Assembly: GCA_026770705.1 (NCBI GenBank)
Contig: JANJGN010000021.1
Location: 99,324,001 to 99,388,000, forward strand
Source: Isurus oxyrinchus
Taxonomy: Eukaryota
Direction of reading: 5' to 3'
DNA length: 64,000 nt
The notes under the pieces are model-generated. The model saw only the letters and a program-made list of their open reading frames with translations. It was not told where the DNA came from and ran no database searches. This document shows, one piece after another, positions 23,107 to 36,704 of this stretch. The position numbers and the translations under genes are program-made. Position 1 is the stretch's first letter. Every line of letters starts with the position of its first letter.

Positions 23107-25559
23107 GAAAGAGCCAGAGTGTGAGATTCTCAGCCGGGCCTGCTGGTCACCTCTGCAGCCTCCGGAAAGACCAGCACATCTTCATAGATCCGGCAGGCAT
23201 AATCCAGAGGGCTGCCCAAGCTGCCTGTGCAACCCCCAACCCTCTCCCCCACGCTCCATACACAGTGCGACGCCTCAAATCTCAGCAAGTGTCTCTTCCC
23301 TCTCCCGCCAATGGTACTTCCACAGGAGTGAGAAACTCTGGAAGTACAACACGTTCGAGAGGGTTATGAACAGCGTGAGTTCCCCAACATCAGTCGCCCT
23401 AGTGCAGCCGTAAAGGGAATGAGTTATTCCAGACCTAAAGTCCTTCCTGGAGGAGCAGCGTGCCCATGCAGGCTGAGAACCCTTCCAGTAGAGCCTCTGA
23501 ACAAGTGATTCACACACGCACTAGAAACTGAGCAAATCTGCCCAATGTCGGAAAGGCTTTGCCTGCTGATCCACCAACACATGCATATGGGGTTGATCCA
23601 TTCCAGAGGCGTTAGTTCGAGGTACTGCAGTAGTATTTTTAAAAATACTCTGGGTAAGGTTTGGGGGGTGGGGAAATCAGCCAGAGAAAGGGAAAGAGAC
23701 CTGTAGGAGAAATGCCCCATAGGAAGTGAACTGCGTGCAGTGGCTAGTGGGAAACTGTTCCAATGATCCCAGTGACCTTTTGTTCCTCCTATCTTCCCCA
23801 TTGCCAGTCAGGCTTGACAGACTGTGGCTGCCTTTCAGTGCGGATGAACAATTACCGGCAGATTGAACTGCACAGGGACTCCAACAGGATGTGACACATC
23901 CTCACCATGGCATCAAACCTTGAAGGCAGCAGTGACTGCAATGCAAGAGTCTCACATTTGGCACAAAGTAGCTTTTCATGGTAGTGATTTTATATTAACG
24001 GGGATAAAGACTCTCTAAGGACATTCTGTAATGGCTGACGCAGTGGGCTTGGGTTATTTCAGTTTTGTCTTCCAGCACTGCCTCCTGTTTTTTGCCCCTC
24101 TCCCTGCAAATCAGCCCCTGTGGCTCTGGTGGTGTTCCAGTGAGCCCGCCTGGTGATGCACTGTTGCAATTTTCTGGAGGCATCCTGCAGGAATTTTAAG
24201 TGAATGGAAAAGGGTGCCCTGTGGGGAAGGAGCTGTTCCATTATTGTGTTTGGGTTTTATTACCCCCGCCCCTTCCCCCCCCACAACTTGCCCAGTCTGC
24301 AGGAGCGTGAGCAGGGGCTGTGGGGGAGGGGTGGGGGGCACTCCCTGCCTCAGAGCCCAAGTGAACTGTCTTTTCTGCTGCTCCCGTGGTTTGGCTCTTG
24401 AAGGATCCCAGTGATTGTGAGTGCCCACTGTGTGGGAATTTTAATTATCTCTGCTTCTCCATTACCTCCACTAGTGCAGATGTTTAAATGCCTGCAGCAG
24501 ACCCGCTGTAAATGGGGACTGTTTAAAACTGAAAACTTCCAACCGAGGGAGCTGAAGTGGCATCGTGCCATAGCTCCATCACACTGTGCCCAAGAAGTGT
24601 TGTAATAGAGGTTCAGAGCAGCAATGCCCTCCCCAGTACATGGATGTGGGGAGTTTCCAGATCTCAGCCCAGCTGCAGAGTGGGGGGCCAGAAGAACGAC
24701 CATGGACAAGATCCAGGGAGGGAGGCAAGGCCAGAGGACTCTGCTGTCATAGATTGAGGCCCTGTGTGCAGGACACCTACCTAGAAGAGGATGTGGAAAG
24801 ATTTTAATTATGACTGATTGTGAAGGCTTGGCGTAGGCAGTGCAGAGTAAATATTTGGAGTGCGGACTCGGTGTCAACAATGCGTGAACATAGCGGCTGA
24901 AACATGATGTCTGCTTTCACGGGTGGTAGAGCCTATAGACCTGTCTCCGTTAGGGCTGTATCATTTCAGACAAACACTACAGGCGGTGTCTGGAGTTGCC
25001 ATTGAGAAGCGGCCACACATTCCCTATGGTGGCTGACCCATCATTGAATATTCTCCTTGGGAAGCAATTGATACTCATGACATAAACAAAAACAAAATTA
25101 CCTGGAAAAACTCAGCAGGTCTGACAGCATCTGCGGAGAGGAACACAGTTAACGTTTCGTATGACTCTTCATCAGAACTGGGGGAATTTAGAAATGAGGT
25201 GAAATATAAGCTGGTAAGGGGGGCGGTGGGACAGGTAAAGCTGGATAGAGGGCCAGTGATGACATACTTTGTGCTTTGATCAGTGAGAAAGATGTTCCCT
25301 TTCCTTTATAGCCAAATATCAGAGAAAATTGGAGCTTGGGTCTTGAGTGTTTATATTTCAGTGTAGTGATATGGAAGCGGTACTCCATGCAACTGTGGAC
25401 CCCATTTTTATATTTACTCAAAAGGCAGTTAAAGGACACTTCAGAAGGACTCAAAAGCACTGTAAAGTGCTTTCTTGGTTTCAAAGTAGTTTAAGATATT
25501 TGTGTTCGTGAAACACCATGTTGTTGTGAAACACCACTTTGTGTAAATTTACAACCATT

Positions 25560-25565
25560 AATAAA
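25560..25565 (+). promoter_or_regulatory. Candidate polyA signal of the zinc-finger gene
   Basis: AATAAA in AT-rich sequence, followed by a T/GT-rich tract. Confidence 0.4.
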
Positions 25566-25669
25566 TTTGTTTTTTTAGTTTTAGCTTATATTGTATAGCT
25601 TATCAGCATGGCGTCTTCTTCATCTATTGAAATATCCAGGAGTGTAAGATAGGTACTCTGCATGTCCTG

Positions 25670-25975
25670 CATCCTGCTTCCTGGCCATCTCTCTATCCTC
25701 CTCCAGCCCTACAACCTTCAGTGATCTCTGCCCTTCCCCAATCCTGGTTAAATCCTCTTCACCATTGGCAGCTTTCAACTACCTCAGCTCTGGAATTCCG
25801 CCTCTAAATCTTTCGGTCTCCCGGTCTCTCCTTTCCCCTTTTAGGGCGTTCCTTAAACCTACCTCTTTGACCAATTGGGTACCTGCCCCTAATATCTCCT
25901 TATACGGCTCAGTGCCAAAGTGTCTTCTGACATGTTACTACATTTAAGGTGCTATACAAATGCAAGTTGTTGTGC
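25670..25975 (+). mobile_element. L2-like LINE 3' fragment
   Basis: ctcctccagccctacaacc…ttggcagctttcaactacc…cttaaacctacctctttgacc…ggtgctatacaaatgcaagttgttg. A related copy lies at 58480-58800. Confidence 0.6.
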
Positions 25976-26974
25976 CTGTTGCAAAATAATTGTGTACAAT
26001 GTAGTAGTGCCTGCTGCACCATGATGTTCTCTTCACCCACAAGGTTTCTGTTTCTGTTACTGGGAGGTATGGACCTGCCCATGAAGTGTACTCTGAATCT
26101 GAATAAGCACTGTTGAGTAAAAGTCTGAGTCATAACAGTGCTTACCAGCTGCTAACCACTTTTCATTGTTTGCTGCAAATTGTGCAACCGTTTGGTTGGC
26201 AGATGTGACAATCAACGACAACCTACATTTATATAGCACCTTTAACTCTGCAAACGGTTGGCGGGTGTTAAAACCATTAATTTTTTTGCATAACCCTGAT
26301 GGGGTTACAATTTACTGTGGGTACGAGCAGGCCACTTTGGATCTTCCCGTTTAAATGTTGCTTCACGAGCAGAGGAAACACAGGCCACTCGCTAACACGC
26401 ATTCCTTCCTCGATTGATCTTACTAAAGTAAAATGGGTTTCCAGTCACCCCATTAAACTGCGGAACTGCAACTCAGTGCCTGAACAGACAAACTATAGCT
26501 CCTTGAGTGGCAGTTGCCACCAAACCAAGGCTGAAAAGTACATTGATGTTTATGTGTTCTTGTCCTAGTGCCGGGTTTCTGTGAGAGCATTGTATGGACT
26601 TAGGTGCGCACTCCTTCATGATTTTCCAGCCATTATAATAAGAATGAAACTTCCCCCGACATCATATATTTTATATAAATTCTAAGACATACTTGAACCC
26701 ACATGGGCCTTAGCATCCAAGCCAAACATCTGAGAGGCCAAGGGCGGAAATTCACGTGCTGAGAAAAACAAGGTGGGCACGCTGAAATGAAAAAAAACAG
26801 AATTCTGGAAATAATCAGCAGGTCAGCCAGCATCTGGGGAGAGAAATAAGAGTTATCGTTTCAGAGTGATGGGACTTCATCGTAACTTAATTAGCCGTTT
26901 TGTTTCAGGGGAAAATTATCTGCGGGTGGAATGGTGACTCCGGGTCCTGGAATGCATGGTACAGCGAGCGTATC

Positions 26975-27190
26975 TCAGTTCCAGTAATAATCCTGATCTG
27001 ATCTGCATGGTGACCCTGTCAGTGTCTCTCAGTTCCAGTAATAATCTTGGTCTGATCTGCATGGCGACCCTGTCAGTGTCAGTTCCAGTAATAATCCTGG
27101 TCTGATCTGCATGGCGACCCTGTCAGTTTCTCAGTCCCAGTAATAATCCTGGTTTGATCTGCATGGTGACTCTCAGTGTCTCAGTTCCCA
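26975..27190. repeat. ~50-53 bp minisatellite (tcagttccagtaataatcctggtctgatctgcatggcgaccctgtcagtgtc), ~4.3 copies
   Basis: Directly visible tandem array. Confidence 0.9.
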
Positions 27191-28903
27191 ATGTCCCAGT
27201 GTCCCAGATCCTTCAGAGTCTGCAATCTTAGCCGATGGTGCTCCCTGGAGAATAATGGGTTAATAGTTATGGTAATGGGATAGAGATGTGTTTCATGATG
27301 TAACAGTGACATCAGCAGTCATGTTCAAGAGATTGATAAGAAAATATGAAATAGCATGTACAGGAGAGAGAGGTGTACTTATCTAGAGGCGTATAGTGTA
27401 AATAATGGAGTTTGTGAAGAAAGATACTGGAGTTAGATTTAAGTCACTTATAAGAAGTGGGAAACCTTCCCAATCTAGGGCAGGCCTCAGGACACCTGAA
27501 GAGGGATCCAAACAGTAAGGGTGATGTCAGGGTGACCTGAGGGAGATAACTGGACACGGGCAGTCCTCCTGCACCTCACTGTTCTAAATCCAAACTCACC
27601 TATACCCTCCTCAGATATGCTGCCCAATGCATAACAGCACTGAGCTGCAGCAAGGACTGGGGTCTCACATGAAGAGTATGTCATTCTGAGGGGGAAAGGT
27701 GCCATGTGTCCATGAGATTCTCATACAAGTAAATGTACAACAGCGCTAGACGAAGGAATCGCTTGAATTACGTGCGGTGTAGATAGCTGCAATTTAATGC
27801 CTGATTTCTGACAGAGTGAAGGAAGGATCACAGTGTGTGTCATTTGCCAAAGGGACAGGAATGGTTACTGAAGGAAGGCTACCCGCAGCTCAAGGACTGT
27901 TACAGCAGAAACAGGCTTTTCTGGGCCTCTTTCCTCAACCAGCCATCAAGTCTAACCACTCTTTCCTGCTCACTTTTCACACACTTCAATGTTCCTCTCT
28001 CTCTCTATGTCAGTTCGTTCATTGTTAAAAGGATTTATTCATCCAGTGATGCTTTGTGATAGAGATTTTAACCAGCCTGGCTAACATTTTTCTTCTACTT
28101 TCCCCGTCGCTTCTTTTGGTGACTAATTTGCTGGGTGGAGGCCTAGCAATGTCCAGGAGCTGGGGAACCTCATCCGGATTTCAGTCTTACAGGGCCTGAA
28201 ATGATTGGAGGCTTCCCCGGGGGAATGACAGGAAAACCAGCGTTTTGTCTGCTTGCACAGAGTAAGGTAGGTAGGTGTGGTTTGTGCAGTGAATCTCCCC
28301 AACCAGAGACTCTGTATGGGTAAATGGCAATGGCAGGATCAGTGAATAACCCCAACCAGAGACAGGGGGATAATGGGGAGTTAGGAAATCCCCCTCAAGC
28401 CACAGGGTGACGTGGGGGTGGGCTGGTGGGTAACTTGACCAGAAGTGCTCTCTGTATGGGAAGCAGACAGTAAGCACAGTGGCTGCATCTCTTGGGGATG
28501 TTCATGCTGCTAATGCTGTGGGATCGTGTGCACAGCCTAATGGATGCTAAAGACACCTACAAACAAAGTCAAGAAATGCATTCCAGAGATCTCCAGCGAT
28601 TCCAGACTAGTGTACCCATGGCATCCAAAACTTAAATTCACATTGAATCACAGAGATAGGCAAATAGCTGTCAAGCTGCCACCAACACATACTGTAAGTG
28701 GTAAAAAAAAGCTTTTCAATGTTCATAGCCACTCATTTCTGACACACATTTCACATATTCAAGCCATCCTAATGTGTTTTACAGTCAATTAAGTAGTTTA
28801 AAAGTGTTGCCCTTGTTATAATGTAGGAACAAGGTACACCAGTATGTTATTGGGTTGGAGTAGTTACAATAACTCCTAAAGACTACCAGCTGCAAACAGC
28901 CAT

Positions 28904-28967
28904 GGCAGGATTTTCCATTCCTGACTGTGACTTTGACCGCCGCTGGTGGGACCAGGAAATCCTGGCC
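28904..28967. mobile_element. 64-bp miniature inverted-repeat element
   Basis: Ends ggcaggattttcc and ggaaatcctggcc are near-reverse complements and resemble the GG(C/G)NGGA(A/T)TTT termini at 17233, 47502 and 62150. Confidence 0.5.
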
Positions 28968-28978
28968 TCTAACCTTAC

Positions 28979-31600
28979 TGTAATATATTTACAGTTATGA
29001 GGACACTCTCTTACATCAGCTCATTTTCATGCTGCTTTCTTCTAGGCGCTGAGATCGGAGTAGTATATGTCACTTCCTTCTATGATATTGCAGGCGATTA
29101 CAGTTAGCCCTTTTATGAGACTTAGTCTAACATACTCCATTATACTACATTTCCTCCAAGTCTCTGTTAAGACTTCAAAGTTTTCCAATGTTCCTGGAAA
29201 CCCAATGCTTCAATCTCCAACTCATTCTGAACATTTTCAGGGTTTTGAAGTCTCTTAGGAAATCTAGCCTCTTTTTGCTCTCTTGGGTGGATATTCTTTC
29301 TCCCTCCACGTTCTCCTCTTGTTCTGTCTTCTCCTTCCTCCAGTTTTTTGAGATTCTCACCTCTTATACCAATAAGCATTATGCTGCCTTCATTAATCTA
29401 CCATACCTCATTCTCCTCCCATTTGTTGGGAATAAGGTCTTCTCTTTCTGGTGTTAGCCCTCTGGATGCTGTTGAATAGATTTTGAATGAATAGATGGTT
29501 CAGGATCACCTACTTCTACTTTCATTTCTGACTTTTGAGAACTCTCTGCTCTCTGATTTTCACTCTGTTGCTCAATTTTGATCAAAGCTCTTCTGTTTCT
29601 TCTTACTGTGCCCTGTTCTGTCTGGACCAGGTAAGATTTTGTGGGTGGCGATTTCTCTACTATTTCTCCAAATCTCAATTGATCTATTCTTTCTGTTGGA
29701 GATCTGCTGATGCTCTTGCTGTGTGATGTCCATCACAGTGTTTCATCTGTTTAATTCAGTAAGCTTCCTCTCTTTCTCGTATTTTCTCTGTCTGTGCCTT
29801 TGACCTGTGGCATCAATGTATGTGGAAGGGTAGGAATCCATATCTGCAACCTTCCTCACATAAGAACTCACATGGAGTCATTCCATTATGCAAGAGTGAG
29901 GAGCTATAACTCAAGAGTGTTGGTTTAAAATCCTCATTCTTTATCAGTGACGCATTTACAGTTTTGACACCTCTCTCAGCTTCTCCATCAGCCTGAGGAA
30001 AGCTCAGTTAACTTGCTATGTGAACAAATCCAAACAATTCTGTAAATTCTTGAAACTCAATGTTTGTGAATTGTGGACTATTATCTGATATCACAATACC
30101 AGGAATCTCAAAGACTGTAAAAATTGCTTTCAATGACGTTTTCACTGTTTCTGGTGCGTGACCAAGTAACTGTTTCACTTCAATCCACCTTGAGTAGTAA
30201 TCTGCTACTATTATGAACATTTTCCCTTTATGCTGAAATAGCTCCATTCCTAGACAGTCCAATGGGCTTGTAGAAAATGCAGGTGACAGTGGTTCTTTTG
30301 CGATGTGTCTGTGAGTTGTACAGCTGACATCTGGATATAATTTCTTCCAATGCCAAACTCTTTGATCTGCTTACATTCCTCGTCTGATTTTTGAGCATCT
30401 TTAATTTCACTCAATCTATGTGTAGTTACCAATAGTGTCTGGACTTTCATTATAGCAAACTCCTTGACTTCTTCCACAAATTCAATATTGCATTTTTCTC
30501 GATTCTGCTTCAATGTCTGATAATGTATAAAGGGTTAATGTTAAATATGTAAATATATTTAGTTTACATCGTTAATGACATGGGATCACATGACAACAAA
30601 GTATGCTGAGAGGTAGTTCGATGTAGAGCATCATGTGAAGCATGTACGGTACATAGTTAGTATAATGTTCAAAGAAAGATAATGTTTACCAATAGCCTTG
30701 CCTCCAGCAGTATCTGTAAATCCAGACCATGAACAACCTCATCTAAGACCCTCAAAGAGGATAAAAGAATTTCCCTTAATAATATACTGCATGAGTATCA
30801 AACCTCTTCAATCTTAATTTAAACCTTTTGAACTCTTGATGGCATCACTGCAAGCTATTTTAATTTCAGTAGTGTGTCTAAAGGTTTCTGGTCTGTTTTG
30901 ATCGTAATGTGAAGACCTAAGATGTAGTCAACACATTTCTCACGTGCCCATGTGGCTGCTAATGTTACCTTTTCGATTACTGTGTAACTCTTCTCTGTAT
31001 CTAGTAATGACCATGATGTGTAACAGACTGGACTGTGTTTTCCATCTCTTTGATCCTGAAAAGGTATTGCCCCCTGTCTTGTAGAGGATGTGCTCACCCT
31101 AACATTGTAGGTAACGCCAGATTGTGATATGCTAATATCTCAGATGACGTCAACCGCTCCTTGATTTTTTTTAATGATTTCTTACGTGCTTCTTCCCAAC
31201 ACCGTTCATTGTCTTGGTAATGAAGGACGTAGTGGCTTCTGGAGCTCTGTTAAGGTTTTTTTTTAGAAATGTTGTCACTGGATGCACCCATTCCTATGAA
31301 CCTTTGCAACTGTGTGATGTTCCTTGGATCTGGAAATTTTTTTATGACTCTGGTCTTCGGTGGGCTAACCTTCATTCCTGATGCACTCACTATGTGACCA
31401 AGAAACTTGATTGATGGCTGTGCGAACTCGCATTACTATTGAGTGTCAATCCTGCCCCTTGTAGCAATCTCAGCACTGCTCCCACTCTCATGTTATGCTC
31501 ACCTTGAATGGGGCCGTGTATCAACATGCCATCCATGTGGTAAACAATTCCCTCTAAGCCCTCTAAAAGATTTGACATTTAGTCATTTGGTAGTACAGAA
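28979..31600 (-). mobile_element. Gypsy/Ty3 LTR retrotransposon relic: RT/RNaseH/integrase fragments plus the 3' LTR (28979-29149)
   Basis: LEGIVYHMDGMLIHG (RT), SYTVIEKVTLAATWA…TDQKPL (RNaseH), IIVADYYSRWIEV…ISDNSPQF (integrase), KSYLVQTEQGTVRRNRR. A purine tract is followed by a TGTAGT…TTACA LTR on the minus strand. An LTR-like insert sits at ~30517-30770. Confidence 0.85.
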
Positions 31601-31849
31601 CTTTAGAATTGCTGAAAAGAAGATCAGGTGTCAAAGCTTCTTAACTTGCATTCATCAGGACAAATTCGCAAGAATACCAAATCTCAAAGGGAACAATTCT
31701 TTACATGGCATGCAATGTTCTAGTATGGCAACACCTCTACCAATCAGAGTCCACTTGCAACCAATCAGCACCCTCTTCACATGCATTATAAATTCTTGTT
31801 CCCTTTGAGATCAAGAGCACCACTCTTGCCAGCAGGGTTGATAACAAAA

Positions 31850-33030
31850 TACCCCAGGACCACCCCTGACTTTACTATCACATTCTCTCGTGTCCAACCC
31901 TGACCTTGTTATCACTTTCTCTCAGTTCCAACTGTGACTTTGTTATCAAACCTGCTGACAGGGGCTGTGCTGTTGTCTGGTGTACAAACCTCTACATTGC
32001 AAAGGCTCAGCACCAACTCAGGCATTTCTTACCTCTCCCTGCACCGTGACTCTACCACCAAACATCAAACCATTGTTTCCACAGCCCTCCACAACCTCCA
32101 ACCATATTGTCCCTCAACCCCATTTAGCCCACTTCTACCTCCTTCCCAAAATCTGCATACAGGATTGTCATAGTAGGCCCATTGTTTCAGCCTGTTCCTG
32201 CCCCATGGAACTTATTTCTTCCTGACTTCACTCTGATTTTTCTCCCTTGTCCAGTCTCTTCCCACCTACATCTGTGATTTGCTTCATGCCCTACGTCATT
32301 TCAACAAATTCTACTTTCCTGGCAGGAACCATCTCCTCTTCACTATGGACATCCAATCCCTCTAAACCTCCATCTCCCACCAGGATAGTTTGTGGACTCT
32401 CTGCTTCTACCATGAGCAGAGGCCCTATCAGTCCCATTCACCCCCACCCTCCTGTGCCTGGCTGATCTTGTTTTATCATTGAACAATTTCTCCCTTCGCT
32501 TGTCTCACTTCCTACAAATAAAAGGTGTGGCTGTGGGCCCCAGTTATGCCTGTCTCTTTGTAGGGTATGTGTAACATTCCTTGTTCCAGTCCTGCTCAGG
32601 CCCCCTGCTACAACACTTCTTCTGGCTCATCAATGACTGAATCGGTGCTGCTTCATGCTCTCACCTGGACCTGGAAAAGCTCATCAGTCTTGCATCTAAT
32701 TTCCACCCGTCTCTCACCTTCACACGATCCACCTCTGACACTTCCTTTCCCTGCCTTGACTTCTCTGTCTCCATTTCTGGGGATAGACTGTCCACCAATA
32801 TTCATTACAAGCCCACTGACTCTCACAGCTACCTCAACTACAGCTCCTCACACCCGCTTCCTGTAAGGATTCCATCCCATTCTCCCAGTTTCCCCATCTC
32901 TGTCGCATATGTTCTGCTTATGATACCTTCCACACCAGCACTTCCGACGTGTATTCCTTTTCCCGCGAACCAAGATTCCTCCCCACCATGGTTGACAGAG
33001 CTCTCAACTGTGTGCAATCCATTTCTACTT
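31850..33030 (+). mobile_element. Penelope-like element RT fragment (decayed)
   Basis: Remnants of KPADRG.AV, FYLLPKI…RPIVSACSCP.ELIS, FTMDIQSL, FLQIKGVA.GP and YKPTDSHSYL. A second fragment lies at 55790-56330. Confidence 0.85.
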
Positions 33031-34504
33031 CAACCGCATTTTCCTGCACTATCCCTGTCATCCCTGATGTTTTTAATAGGTAGAAATCTACTGATCTCTG
33101 TCTTAAACATATTCAATGACTGAGACTCCACAGCCCTCTGGGGCAGAGAATTCCAAAGATTCATTACTCTCGGAATAAACAAATGCCTCCTCATCCCAGT
33201 CTGAAATGGCCTATCCCTTACTCTGAGACTATGTCCCCTGGTCTAGAACCTCCCCAGCCAGGGGAAACATCCTTTCCACATCTACCCGATCGATGTTGAA
33301 CCAAATATCGGCGACAGAATTGAATGCTGCCCACAGGTTAAATATCCATAATCACATGTGAAGATGCAGCTATCTTAACAGAGCTTGTGGCCATTTTAGT
33401 ATGATTTTACAATCCATAATATCAAAGACCCTCATGCTTGTACTGAGCGTGACATGGCACCCATAAAGGAAAAAAATGGAATATAATGTTATTTTTACGT
33501 GATTATCCCGTGAAGCGAGGCAAAACACATACATTGATTCTGCATATCTCTTAACATGTCAACAATTTTTGTTGAAATGGGCTGGTTTTCCTCATTGGAA
33601 AAACACAGGGCTGTTTCCCACCGGTCTCTCATCTGGGTTTCTCTTTTTAAAAGTTGGGGAGCATGTTCCCTTCCATATTCCCCTATGCTTTCCAGCCTGC
33701 CTCAGTTCATCTATCTCTCTTCTATCTTGCCCTTGTCTGTGAGAGTTCCCAGACCCTGGTTTACTTTGAGTGGGGGGGCCTATGTGTTAAGTCAGAGTCA
33801 CGAACAAGAGCTGCAGATTTCCTGGCTGTTGAAACCCTCTGCTCCTCCACATGAGACTTGAGGCTGGGAAAGAGGCAGTTTTTAAACTCCTCAAAAAATA
33901 TTATTTCTCTTAATCCATCAGAAATACAGTCAGTTTTCTAGGGCTCAGACCCTCTGTTCGAAGCTAATTGTTTAATTCTCCCCAATTCTAAATAAGTTTG
34001 AGCAAGCTTGTTCCTGAGAGATTCAGAATTGTTGTCGGTACACTTCTGGGATGAGTTCATAGGCCCTTAGGATAGCAGCTTTTGCCTGTTCATAATTTTC
34101 ACAGCTATCAGCGGGCAACAGAGAGTAAACCTCTCATGTTTTTCCATTTAAGTGATCTTGCAGTGGAGGAGTCCAGACTTCTTCTGGCCTCTTTAATCTA
34201 AGCTTCAAAAAATTAAAACCTGTCTCTGAACTAGGATCAGTCAAATCACCAGTGGCTTCTTCATTACATAAAGATGACCTTGCCCTCCCAATTCAATTTC
34301 TTTAAGCCTTTTTCTCATTGGGCCTGAATTTCCTCCTCTAGGTTTTCCAGCTGGAAAATGTTTTCTCACTCTTTCTCTTTTTTCTCTCTCTCTCTCTCTC
34401 CCTTGTTCTCTCTCTCCTATCTCTCCCTTATCTAGAGATTTTCAACTATGATGGTTCAGCTGTTTCAGATGATTCCTGGTGCTTCAAATGTGTCTAACAC
34501 AAGA

Positions 34505-36704
34505 CAAAAACAGAATTACCTGGAAAAACTCAGCAGGTCTGGCAGCATCGGCGGAGAAGAAAAGAGTTGACGTTTCGAGTCCTCATGACCCTTCGACAGA
34601 ACTTGATTTCGAGTCCAAGAGTTGAAATATAAGCTGGTTTAAGGTGTGTGTGTGGGGCGGAGAGATAGGGAGAGAGAGAGGTGGTTGTGTAGACAAACAA
34701 GCAGTGATAGAAGCAGATCATCAAAAGATGTCAGTGGCAATGGTACAAAAGAACACATAGGTGTTAAAGTTAAAGTTGGTGATATTATCTAAACGAATGT
34801 GCTAATTAAGAATGGATGGTAGGGCACTCAAGGTACAGCTCTAGTGGGGGTGGGGGAGCATAAAAGATTTTAAAATATTTAAAAATAATGGAAATAGGTG
34901 GGAAAAGAAAAATCTATATAATTTATAGGGAAAAAAAAGGGAAAAAGGGGGAAACAGAGAGGGGGTGGGGATGGGGGAGGGAGCTCACGACCTAAAGTTG
35001 TTGAACTCAATATTCAGACCGGAAGGCTGTAAGGTGCCTAGTCGGAAGATGAGGTGTTGTTCCTCCAGTTTGCGTTGGGCTTCACTGGAACAATGCAGCA
35101 AGCCAAGGACAGACATGTGGGCAAGAGAGCAGGGTGGAGTGTTAAAATGGCAAGCGACAGGGAGGTTTGGATCATTCTTGCGGACAGACCGCAGGTGTTC
35201 TGCAAAGCGGTCGCCCAGTTTACGTTTGGTCTCTCCAATGTAGAGGAGACCACATTGGGAGCAACGAATGCAGTGGACTAAGTTGGGGGAAATGCAAGTG
35301 AAATGCTGCTTCACTTGAAAGGAATGTTTGGGCCCTTGGACGGTGAGGAGAGAGGAAGTGAAGGGGCAGGTGTTACATCTTTTGCGTGGGCATGGGGTGG
35401 TGCCATAGGAGGGGGTTGAGGAGTAGGGGGTGATGGAGGAGTGGACCAGGGTGTCCCGGAGGGAGCGATCCCTACGGAATGCCGATAAGGGGGGTGAAGG
35501 GAAGATGTGTTTGGTGGTGGCATCATGCTGGAGTTGGCGGAAATGGCGGAGGATGATCCTTTGAATGCGGAGGCTGGTGGGGTGATCACCCCACCAGCCT
35601 CCGCATTCAAAGGATCATCCTCCGCCATTTCCGCCAACTCCAGCATGATGCCACCACCAAACACATCTTCCCTTCACCCCCCTTATCGGCATTCCGTAGG
35701 GATCGCTCCCTCCGGGACACCCTGGTCCACTCCTCCATCACCTCCTACTCCTCAACCCCCTCCTATGGCACCACCCCATGCCCACGCAAAAGATGTAACA
35801 CCTGCCCCTTCACTTCCTCTCTCCTCACCGTCCAAGGGCCCAAACATTCCTTTCAAGTGAAGCAGCATTTCACTTGCATTTCCCCCAACTTAGTCCACTG
35901 CATTCGTTGCTCCCAATGTGGTCTCCTCTACATTGGAGAGACCAAACGTAAACTGGGCGACCGCTTTGCAGAACACCTGCGGTCTGTCCGCAAGAATGAT
36001 CCAAACCTCCCTGTCGCTTGCCATTTTAACACTCCACCCTGCTCTCTTGCCCACATGTCTGTCCTTGGCTTGCTGCATTGTTCCAGTGAAGCCCAACGCA
36101 AACTGGAGGAACAACACCTCATCTTCCGACTAGGCACCTTACAGCCTTCCGGTCTGAATATTGAGTTCAACAACTTTAGGTCGTGAGCTCCCTCCCCCAT
36201 CCCCACCCCCTTTCTGTTTCCCCCTTTTTCCCTTTTTTTTCCCTATAAATTATATAGATTTTTCTTTTCCCACCTATTTCCATTATTTTTAAATATTTTA
36301 AAACCTTTTATGCTCCCCCCACCCCCACTAGAGCTGTACCTTGAGTGCCCTACCATCCATTCTTAATTAGCACATTCGTTTAGATAATATCACCAACTTT
36401 AACTTTAACACCTATGTGTTCTTTTGTACCATTGTCACTGACATCTTTTGATGATCTGCTTCTATCACTGCTTGTTTGTCTACACAACCACCTCTCTCTC
36501 TCCCGATCTCTCCGCCCCACACACACACCTTAAACCAGCTTATATTTCAACTCTTGGACTCGAAATCAAGTTCTGTCGAAGGGTCATGAGGACTCGAAAC
36601 GTCAACTCTTTTCTTCTCCGCCGATGCTGCCAGACCTGCTGAGTTTTTCCAGGTAATTCTGATTCTGTTTTTGTTTTGGATTTCCAGCATCCGCAGTTTT
36701 GTTT
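34505..36704. mobile_element. Penelope-like (GIY-YIG) retroelement insertion arranged as a spacerless inverted repeat centred at 35585/35586
   Basis: Mirror-image ORFs 34985..35314(-) and 35857..36186(+) encode NLVHCIRCSQCGLLYIGETKRKLGDRFAEH (GIY-YIG). Centre reads ggtggggtga|tcaccccacc. Flanking direct repeat TGTCTAACAC(A/G)AGA at 34491-34504 and 36705-36718. Confidence 0.92.
36572..36606 (+). ncRNA. Minimal hammerhead-ribozyme-like motif in the Penelope terminal region
   Basis: CUGUCGA-A-GGGUC-AUGAG-GACUC-GAAAC-GUC resembles the CUGANGA / stem II / GAAA core, with one non-canonical core base. A mirror copy is at ~34566-34600, and a copy with canonical CUGAUGA is on the minus strand at ~25151-25178. 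Confidence 0.45.

Noticed and set aside
35311-35860. Identical 117-aa ORFs on opposite strands as novel genes
   Set aside because: They result from reading across the palindrome centre of the Penelope insertion.
34505-36704. Palindrome as a pure sequencing fold-back artefact
   Set aside because: The arms have several differences, the flanks are unique and collinear, and a TSD brackets the unit. Read-level confirmation is still advisable.
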